NCBI GenBank assembly: GCA_963704075.1
Contig: CAVPGV010000010.1
Coordinates: forward strand, 80,564-144,563
Length of the DNA: 64,000 nt
Reading direction: 5' to 3'
DNA from: an uncultured Actinomycetota bacterium
GTDB lineage: Bacteria > Actinomycetota > Actinomycetes > S36-B12 > UBA10799
Shown here in pieces: positions 56,890 to 64,000 of the stretch. Below the pieces are notes generated by a model. The model was given only the letters and a program-made list of their open reading frames with translations. It was not told the DNA's origin and did no database searches. The translations under genes and the position numbers were made by a program. Each line of letters starts with the position of its first letter. Within the stretch, counting starts at the first letter, position 1.

Positions 56890-58983
56890 TCAGAACCCGT
56901 TCAGTTGATCCACGACCTGCAACAGCTCACCTTGGTCGTACCAGTTGACCGCCACGAAGTTCGGGATCTGACCACGTTCCTCGCGGCAGTCGCGAACCCG
57001 TTGCCCCAAGACGTCCTCGGTGTTGGACTGCTGGGCGCTGGACACCAGCGTCGTGAAACCGCTCAACCAGTGGTTCACCATGAACAGGTCGGCATCCGCC
57101 GGACCCCGGTTCGGTGCGCAATCGAAATCGTCGACACTGTCGTACGTGAAGCCGGTGTCCTGGACTAGGTCGAAGCCGGAGTGCAAGTAGGGGTACCGTG
57201 CGCCGCCGCCCTCGTTCTCCATGAGAACCAGCACCCGGCGGCCCGAGTCGATCATCTGGCCCAGCGTCGGCCAGGGTTCGCCCGGGTCATGGACGTACGC
57301 CACATCGGCCAACCCGGTCTTGTCGAAGACCTCCGCGGTGTCCGCCGGCGTCACCGCATCCTGGATGAAGATCGTCACGACCTCACGCGGATTCTGGTCC
57401 AACCAGGCCTTGACCCCCGCGAGTTCGGACTCCAACTCAGTGGCACCGAGCTCACACAGGGTGTGGCAGAGGAACGGCTTCTCTGGGCCGAGGGTCTGCT
57501 CGCCGCGCAGTCGGTCGATGGTGCGTTCCATCGCGGGCGTCAGCGCGTTCGCTCGGCCCGCTGTGAAGTCCGACTGCGCCCGCGCAAGGGAGCGCTGGGC
57601 CGTGACCGCCCCGCCCGAACGGGTCGCCTGGCCGTACCAGGTGTCGATCAGGAACACCCGCATACCGTCTTCCAGGGACTCGACCATGCCCGTGGGCTGT
57701 TCGGCGAGGAACCAACCCGGCCGGTCGGCTGCGGACATGGAGTTGTGACTGGCCGGGAATGCGACGTCGTTGAACGGACGATCACACAGTTCCACGTGAC
57801 CGTTGCAGGCCGCCGGATCACGGGTCGATGCGGCGACCTGGGTGGCTTGGGGCAACGCGGACGGCAAAAGCACGAATGCGATCAGTCCGATCGTCAGCAG
57901 CCCGAGGGCGGCCGGTGGCGCCCACGCCCAGCGCCAGGTATCCCCTTCCTCGGCCGGGCCCCGCGACCGCTCGGCGACGAGGTCGAGTTCGGCCACTCCC
58001 GTCAGGAGCACGGCGATCCCAACAGCGATCGCAACGAGCACCACCGCGATGTCCGGCTTGAGGATGAATCCCGCTCCGACCGCCACCAGCACCAGGGCCC
58101 GCGCCAAGGCCCACGCAGGCGCACTAGGACGCCGGGTCAGGCGCCGACCCCATGATGCGACCAGTTCGTGCACGTGCACCTGCGGTAGAAGTGCACTTGC
58201 CGCAACCACGAACAAACCACCCACCACCGCGGTCCACAGCACTCGGACGGCCAGCGCCCGACCGAACACGTCGGCGGCCGACTGCAATACTGCCGAGGGC
58301 AGCGGACCCGGGTTGTACAACCGGCTGGTCACCCAGGCGAGTCCGCCCAGAACCGCCAACGTGGTAGCGACCGCCAGCAACGACCACCCCACCCTCAGAA
58401 GCGCCACCCGTCGGTCGGGGGCGATCCATACCCCGAGCACCCACAGGATGATGGTGAGGGTGGGAAGCACCCAGGCCAGGACGGTAATCGTCTGGAACAA
58501 CGGGATGATCTGCGCGGCCACCCCCTGCTGACCGCCGATCTGCGCGAGCGTTACGTCCAGGCCGGGAGGAATGTTCTCAGCCAGGTCCGGGGCGATCGCC
58601 GTCACCAGGGAAACCGCCGAGGAGCCGATGTCGGCGATCGTCAGAACCGCCGACTCTGATCCTTCTTCGGTCAGGGCACTGTGGAAGGCCGCCACCGCTT
58701 GTGTGAAGACCCCGTCGAATGCGCTACTGGCCACGACGGCGGCCGCAGCGGGCTGCAGAGCTGGGGCGATCGCCACCAGGTCGGGCTGGGCGTCGACCAA
58801 TGCGCCGCTGATCTGGGCGCCGATCTGCGCGGCCAGTTCCGGGTCGGTGCGCATGGCGTTGACGTGATCGGCGAAACGCGGGCCGTTGACGACGTTCGCG
58901 TTGAGGAAGCCGGCAATGCTGGCGAACAGGAACAGCACGCCCGCGAGCCCCAGCGCGATCGACGAACCCCTCGTGTTCCGCAC
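56890..58983 (-). CDS. polytopic membrane protein with C-terminal PI-PLC-X-like phosphodiesterase domain
   Basis: 697 aa. About 400 aa with several TM helices, then CNGHVELCDRPFNDVAFPASHNSMS..MVESLEDGMRVFLIDTWYG..VVTIFIQD..NHW, typical of PLC-like TIM-barrel phosphodiesterases. Confidence 0.65.
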   Translation of the reverse strand: MRNTRGSSIALGLAGVLFLFASIAGFLNANVVNGPRFADHVNAMRTDPELAAQIGAQISGALVDAQPDLVAIAPALQPAAAAVVASSAFDGVFTQAVAAFHSALTEEGSESAVLTIADIGSSAVSLVTAIAPDLAENIPPGLDVTLAQIGGQQGVAAQIIPLFQTITVLAWVLPTLTIILWVLGVWIAPDRRVALLRVGWSLLAVATTLAVLGGLAWVTSRLYNPGPLPSAVLQSAADVFGRALAVRVLWTAVVGGLFVVAASALLPQVHVHELVASWGRRLTRRPSAPAWALARALVLVAVGAGFILKPDIAVVLVAIAVGIAVLLTGVAELDLVAERSRGPAEEGDTWRWAWAPPAALGLLTIGLIAFVLLPSALPQATQVAASTRDPAACNGHVELCDRPFNDVAFPASHNSMSAADRPGWFLAEQPTGMVESLEDGMRVFLIDTWYGQATRSGGAVTAQRSLARAQSDFTAGRANALTPAMERTIDRLRGEQTLGPEKPFLCHTLCELGATELESELAGVKAWLDQNPREVVTIFIQDAVTPADTAEVFDKTGLADVAYVHDPGEPWPTLGQMIDSGRRVLVLMENEGGGARYPYLHSGFDLVQDTGFTYDSVDDFDCAPNRGPADADLFMVNHWLSGFTTLVSSAQQSNTEDVLGQRVRDCREERGQIPNFVAVNWYDQGELLQVVDQLNGF

Positions 58984-59099
58984 GCATCCTCCCCATCTGG
59001 CACCTCAGGCTCACGCCCGAGAGGACCCGTATTGACTACTCTGCGTATCCGAATCGCTTCGAATGGTGATCAAGCTCTTCCAAGCAGGATAGTTGAACC

Positions 59100-61481
59100 G
59101 TGGCAGATCCAGGTCTGGATCATAGGGGGGTTCCTTCGGCATGGAAACTTGCCATTCCTGTCGCCCTCGTCGCAACCCTGGGACTCGCCCTGACGATCGG
59201 ACTGGTCCAGCTGCAGCGGCACAACGTCTCCGAGGACGCCCGGGTCGTGGTGCGACAGAGCGTGTCCACCACCGCTGAGCGGGCCTCACGGTCATTGGGC
59301 ACTTTGAACGGGTCGATGGGCGCGGTCACCGGGCTGTTCGAGATCCAGAGCAACATAACGCAGGAGGAGTTTCGCGCCTTCGTGCGCAGGGCGTTCGCAT
59401 CTCGCCCGGACGTCCAGGCCGTGCAGTACGCCCCGCTGATCTCCTCATCGCAACGCACCGAGTTCGAGTCCCTACTGGCCCGGAACGGTCATCCGGACGG
59501 GATCCGTGATCCCTCGCCCGACGGCTTGGTCCAGTCCCCCGAGCGCAAGGAGTACCTGCCGATCCAGTACTCCTACCCACAGGCCAGGAACGGCCAGACC
59601 TACGGCCTGGATGTGCTCTACCGCCCGAGCAACCGTCCCACCGTGCTGGCCGCACGCGACACCGGCGAGACGCAGATCGGCGGCCTGACGAACATCGTGC
59701 AGGACGGCACCCCCGCATTGCTGCTGTACACGCCGATCTATCGCCCCGGCGCGCAACCGACCACGATCGAAGGACGGCGGGCGAATTGGGCCGGAATGGC
59801 GGTGGCGGTCCTGCGGATACCCGAGTGGATGGAACGCGCCACGGGCGTCCACGCGGATCGCACGACGTCGCTGACCCTCATCGACAACCGGCGACAGGAC
59901 TCCCAGGTCATTTGGTCCAACGACACCAACGTCGACCCCAACAACCCGCGGACGTGGTCGAGTTCGGCCACCGTGACGCTGACCGACGACGAGGACGTGA
60001 TCCTGGCTGGCGCGCCCACCCCGGGATTCCTCGCAGAACAGGGCGCCTGGCGACCATGGGCGGCGCTCATCGGCGGGCTGATCATGACCCTGCTCTTGTG
60101 CCTCGTCGTGTGGAAATGGCTGGATGCCCGGCGGATTCGCCGCCTCGCCGACGAGTTGCAGCAGGCGACGGGCCGCCTGCGCTTCTTGGCCGAACGCGAC
60201 CCATTGACCGGCCTGCCGCACCGCGACGGTCTGCGAAGTTGGGTCGACGGATGGTGTTCGCGCAACCCAGACCGATCGCTGGCGGTGCTGTTCATCGACC
60301 TCGACGGGTTCAAAGAGGTCAACACCGCTTGGGGTCATCCGACCGGGGACCTGGTCCTGCGCCAGATCGGCCATCGGCTGTCCGTCCTCGGAGGAGATTC
60401 CGACTCGACCATCGCACGGCTCGGCGGCGACGAGTTCGTCGTGGCGCGGGCGATGGACCGCGGCTCGCTCGCCGGTTTGACGACGATGGTCCACACCGTC
60501 ATCCACGAACCCATCCCGATCGGCGACCGTGATGTGCAGTTCACCAGTTCCATCGGGATCGCAGTCTGGCCCGAGGACGGCAACACCCTGGACACTGTGC
60601 TGGTCAATGCTGATATCGCGGTGCGCGCCGCCAAGCAGAAACAGGCCGACTCCGTGGTGCGGTTCGATCCCGTGATGGCGGCCGAAGGCGCTGCACAACG
60701 GCAACTGGCCAGGGCCTTGCGGGTCGCGATGCGGTTCCCCGACGACAACTTCTATCTGGAGTACCAGCCCCAGGTCGACATGCGTACCGGATCGCTGGTC
60801 GCCGCGGAGGCCCTCATCCGGTGGCGCGATGCCAGCGGACGCATGATCCCTCCGATGGAGTTCATCCCCATGGCCGGGGCACAGGGGATGATGCCGGCGT
60901 TGGGCCGCTGGATCCTGGACCAGGCATGCCAGACCGTCGCCCAATGGCGCCACATCTGCGATGCGGTCGTCGCGGTCAACGTCGACACCCAGCAACTCAA
61001 CGACGACTTCGCCGGCACCGTTTCCACCGTCCTGCACCAACGAGGCGTCGAACCAGACTGGCTGATCATCGAAGTCACGGAGAGTGCGGCCATGGACAGC
61101 GAGGCGCAGCGCGAACTCGACCGGGTCCGCGCCCTCGGAGTGCAAGTGGCGATCGACGACTTCGGGACCGGGTTCTCGTCGTTGTCGCGCCTGGCCGACC
61201 TGCCCGCCAACCAACTGAAGATCGACCGCGCGTTCGTGGCCGGTCTGGGCGAGTCCGCCGAGTCGCTGGAGATCGTGCGCACGATCGTGGCCCTGGCACG
61301 GGCGTTGGGTCTCGACACACTCGCCGAGGGCGTCGAGACCCCACTGCAGGCGCAGATCCTGCTGCGTGAAGGCGTTCATCTCGGACAGGGTTTCCTGTTC
61401 GCACGGACGATCACGAAACAGGCATGTCTGGAGGCCTTCCAGACCGGAATCGGGATGCCGGCCAGCCTGGTCAACCGGTAA
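59100..61481 (+). CDS. CHASE sensor - GGDEF - EAL cyclic-di-GMP turnover protein
   Basis: 793 aa. A periplasmic CHASE-type domain between two TM helices (QAVQYAPLISSSQRTEFE..YLPIQYSYP..GLDV..ARDTGE..LLLYTPIY). GGDEF domain (DPLTGLPHRDG, RLGGDEFVV). EAL domain (EALIRW, IEVTES, DDFGTGFSSL, KIDRAF, AEGVET, QGF). Start is GTG 59100; see the finding on the start. Confidence 0.9.
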   Translation: MADPGLDHRGVPSAWKLAIPVALVATLGLALTIGLVQLQRHNVSEDARVVVRQSVSTTAERASRSLGTLNGSMGAVTGLFEIQSNITQEEFRAFVRRAFASRPDVQAVQYAPLISSSQRTEFESLLARNGHPDGIRDPSPDGLVQSPERKEYLPIQYSYPQARNGQTYGLDVLYRPSNRPTVLAARDTGETQIGGLTNIVQDGTPALLLYTPIYRPGAQPTTIEGRRANWAGMAVAVLRIPEWMERATGVHADRTTSLTLIDNRRQDSQVIWSNDTNVDPNNPRTWSSSATVTLTDDEDVILAGAPTPGFLAEQGAWRPWAALIGGLIMTLLLCLVVWKWLDARRIRRLADELQQATGRLRFLAERDPLTGLPHRDGLRSWVDGWCSRNPDRSLAVLFIDLDGFKEVNTAWGHPTGDLVLRQIGHRLSVLGGDSDSTIARLGGDEFVVARAMDRGSLAGLTTMVHTVIHEPIPIGDRDVQFTSSIGIAVWPEDGNTLDTVLVNADIAVRAAKQKQADSVVRFDPVMAAEGAAQRQLARALRVAMRFPDDNFYLEYQPQVDMRTGSLVAAEALIRWRDASGRMIPPMEFIPMAGAQGMMPALGRWILDQACQTVAQWRHICDAVVAVNVDTQQLNDDFAGTVSTVLHQRGVEPDWLIIEVTESAAMDSEAQRELDRVRALGVQVAIDDFGTGFSSLSRLADLPANQLKIDRAFVAGLGESAESLEIVRTIVALARALGLDTLAEGVETPLQAQILLREGVHLGQGFLFARTITKQACLEAFQTGIGMPASLVNR

Positions 61482-61522
61482 CGCGGCGAGTCGGAAAGCT
61501 CGACGGCCGACCGGGGCTGGTC

Positions 61523-61954
61523 CTAGGTGGCGCGGACGCAGGCTTTGATCATGCGCACGGGGTTGCTCCCGCCGTATTTCTTCATCTTGGCCTTGGTCAC
61601 CGACGTGGTGCCCTTGACGCGCTGCTTGGACCCCGATCCCTTCCACCGAACCGTGTACCTACCGACCGGTTGGTTGAACTCGTCGTACTGGGTGGCGCGC
61701 AGTTTGCCCTTCGAGACCTTCCCCTTGATGCAGAAGTACTCGCTGTAGAACGCGCCGATCGCGCCCACCACCTTGCGGCCCTTCTTGCGCAGTGCCGCGA
61801 AGTCGCCGTAGTACAGTCCATCGACCGACTGCAGGTTCTTCACCATGTACAGGTCCCGAGTCGGCGCGGCGCTGGCCGTCGGCGCCACCACCCCCACCGA
61901 CCCGATGGTCAGAATCGTCGTCAGTGCTGCTGCGCCCATACCTTTGTGCTGCAT
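61523..61954 (-). CDS. secreted hypothetical protein
   Basis: Start at MQHKGMGAAAL (61954). Signal peptide ending ASA-AP. Lys-rich mature part. No family recognised. Confidence 0.5.
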   Translation of the reverse strand: MQHKGMGAAALTTILTIGSVGVVAPTASAAPTRDLYMVKNLQSVDGLYYGDFAALRKKGRKVVGAIGAFYSEYFCIKGKVSKGKLRATQYDEFNQPVGRYTVRWKGSGSKQRVKGTTSVTKAKMKKYGGSNPVRMIKACVRAT

Positions 61955-62055
61955 ACCTCCACGGTACGCCTCTGGGCTCTGATACGAGCGCGTCGCCGGG
62001 CCGGAGCGGCCCACCTGCGACAATCAGGTAATCCCCGATCACAAGGACACGCCAC

Positions 62056-63900
62056 ATGGCCCTGCGCAGCGACCTGCGGAACGTAGCAATCATCGCCCAC
62101 GTCGATCACGGCAAGACGACCCTGGTCGATGCCATGTTGTGGCAGTCGGGCGCCTTCCGAGAGAACGCCGACGTCGCCGACCGGGTCATGGACTCCATGG
62201 ACCTCGAACGCGAGAAGGGCATCACGATCCTCGCGAAGCAGACAGCGGTGCTGCATGGCGGCGTGACGATCAACATCATCGACACCCCCGGCCACGCCGA
62301 CTTCGGCGGTGAGGTGGAACGCGGACTCGAGATGGTCGACGGCGTACTGCTGCTGGTCGACGCGTCGGAAGGGCCGCTCCCCCAGACCCGGTTCGTGCTG
62401 CGCAAGGCGCTGGCCAAACAACTGCCGGTGGTTCTGGTGGTGAACAAGGTCGACCGGTCCGATGCCCGGATCGCCGAGGTGGTCGACGAGGTCTACGAAT
62501 TGTTCTTCGACCTCGACGCCACAGAGGATCAGATCGACTTCCCGGTCGTCTACGCAAGTGCCCGGGCCGGTCGGGCGAGCCTCGAGCGCCCACAGAACGC
62601 GTCGATGCCCGACTCACCGGACCTCGAACCGCTCTTCGAGACGCTGGTCTCCACCGTTCCGGCTCCGAGCTACGACGAGGACGCCCCTCTGCAGGCGCAC
62701 GTCACGAACCTGGATGCGTCTGCCTACTTGGGCCGCTTGGCGGTGTGCCGCATCCACGCCGGAACCATCCGCAAGGGCCAACAGGTCACGTGGTGCCGCG
62801 CCGACGGGACACAGACCATTGCGAAGGTCAGCGACCTGCTCATGACCGACGCCTTGGAGCGCAAGCCCGTCGACCAAGCGGGGCCCGGCGACATCATCGC
62901 GGTAGCCGGGATTCCGGAGATCACGATCGGTGAGACCCTGGCCGATCCGAACGACCCCCGGCCCCTACCGGTGATCACCGTGGACGAGCCGAGCATTTCG
63001 GTGACCATCGGCACCAACACCTCGCCCCTGGCCGGCGGGCAGGGCAGCAAGATGACCGCCCGACTGATCAAGAACCGGCTGGACTCCGAGTTGATCGGCA
63101 ACGTCTCACTGCGGGTCGCGGACACCGACCGCCCCGACGCATGGGAGGTGCAGGGTCGCGGCGAGCTGCAGCTGGCCGTGCTCGTGGAGATGATGCGGCG
63201 CGAGGGTTTCGAGTTGACCGTCGGCAAGCCACTGGTCGTCACCAAGGAGATCGACGGCACTCTGAATGAACCGATGGAGAACGTCACCATCGACATCCCG
63301 GAGGACTACGTCGGGGTCATCTCACAGTTGATGGGGCTTCGACGCGGACGCATGGAGGACATGACCAACCACGGGACCGGCTGGGTGCGCATGGAGTACC
63401 GAGTGCCCGCCCGAGCGCTCATCGGCTTCCGCACGGAGTTCCTCACCGAGACCCGCGGGACCGGCCTGATGCACCACGTCTTCGGCGGATACGAGCCGTG
63501 GCACGGCGACTTGCGCACCCGCCCGAGCGGGTCGTTGGTCGCCGACCGCCGCGGTGCGGTCACCAGCTACGCATGTTTCAACCTGCAGGAACGCGGGACC
63601 CTGTTCGTCGAACCCGGCGCCGAGGTGTACGAAGGCATGATCGTGGGGGAGAACGCCCGGGCCGACGACATGGACGTCAACCCGACGAAGGAGAAGAAGC
63701 TCACCAACGTGCGGTCCTCGACCGGTGAAGAACTCGAACGTCTGATCCCCGCCAGGCGACTGTCGCTGGAGCAGGCATTGGAGTTCTGCCGGGAGGACGA
63801 GTGCGTCGAGGTCACTCCGCACATGGTGCGTTTGCGGAAGGTCGAGCTGAACGCGGCCCTGCGCGGTCGGGCGACGGCACGGCGCAAGGCGCGGGGCTGA
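62056..63900 (+). CDS. typA: translational GTPase TypA/BipA
   Basis: 614 aa, intact. [27 protein letters not shown], and EF-G-like domains throughout. Confidence 0.95.
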   Translation: MALRSDLRNVAIIAHVDHGKTTLVDAMLWQSGAFRENADVADRVMDSMDLEREKGITILAKQTAVLHGGVTINIIDTPGHADFGGEVERGLEMVDGVLLLVDASEGPLPQTRFVLRKALAKQLPVVLVVNKVDRSDARIAEVVDEVYELFFDLDATEDQIDFPVVYASARAGRASLERPQNASMPDSPDLEPLFETLVSTVPAPSYDEDAPLQAHVTNLDASAYLGRLAVCRIHAGTIRKGQQVTWCRADGTQTIAKVSDLLMTDALERKPVDQAGPGDIIAVAGIPEITIGETLADPNDPRPLPVITVDEPSISVTIGTNTSPLAGGQGSKMTARLIKNRLDSELIGNVSLRVADTDRPDAWEVQGRGELQLAVLVEMMRREGFELTVGKPLVVTKEIDGTLNEPMENVTIDIPEDYVGVISQLMGLRRGRMEDMTNHGTGWVRMEYRVPARALIGFRTEFLTETRGTGLMHHVFGGYEPWHGDLRTRPSGSLVADRRGAVTSYACFNLQERGTLFVEPGAEVYEGMIVGENARADDMDVNPTKEKKLTNVRSSTGEELERLIPARRLSLEQALEFCREDECVEVTPHMVRLRKVELNAALRGRATARRKARG

Positions 63901-64000
63901 CTGCCGAGCGGGCTGATAACCGGCGAGCGCCAGGTGCCGCGAGTGAACTCCCGGGACCGGCTCAACCTCCAATCAACTCGGGCAAGACGAACGGCCGGAC

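Overview
High-GC, densely coding chromosomal window of actinobacterial type, judged from mycothiol and mycoredoxin genes, GlnR, and fol-ftsH-hpt-tilS synteny. It holds about 70 protein genes. I saw no rRNA, tRNA or CRISPR array by eye. Layout: (i) 1-5405, an overlapping minus-strand operon glnR-mshD-ppk-CYTH/CHAD. (ii) 5.5-11.9 kb, a thioredoxin/DUF4395/DsrE sulfur trio, a small-peptide-nitrobindin-Fur unit, ygfZ, mycoredoxin, and two DNA glycosylase genes head to head. (iii) 11.9-17.2 kb, an AI-2E transporter, a methyltransferase, pgm, an SDR and a short ArgA. (iv) 17.4-25.1 kb, eight overlapping minus-strand genes: YdbS/YdbT-like, methyltransferase, DUF2520, panC, nadB, nadC, coaX. (v) 25.2-30 kb, an orphan NuoD-like gene and a glycine-betaine-type ABC transporter. 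(vi) 30-38.3 kb, DUF3180-folK-folB-folP-folE, ftsH, hpt-tilS-metalloprotease. (vii) 38.5-43.1 kb, LysE, methyltransferase, rhomboid, MFS, FAD oxidoreductase. (viii) 43.1-46.5 kb, a small decayed or accessory islet: a DUF427 pseudogene, a DUF222-HNH gene with a 43-44 bp tandem repeat array, a DHFR-like gene and a gene remnant. (ix) 46.5-51.2 kb, an SDR and an AmmeMemoRadiSam operon with an embedded adenylate-forming ligase. (x) 51.4-64 kb, small conserved hypotheticals, an acyltransferase, a DUF202 pair plus GH13 glucosidase, a membrane PI-PLC-like protein, a CHASE-GGDEF-EAL protein and typA. The most notable non-genic signal is a dispersed family of nested-palindrome repeats built from 19-bp CGTTGGA units at five intergenic loci. 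The most notable anomaly is seven clear single-base frame breaks in otherwise well conserved genes (CYTH/CHAD, ppk x2, mshD, YcaQ/AlkZ-like, nadC x2) plus a missing mshD stop codon, all within the first 19 kb. These look more like assembly indels than gene decay, but that cannot be settled without reads. All homology statements come from my recognition of family signatures in the supplied translations, not from database searches.
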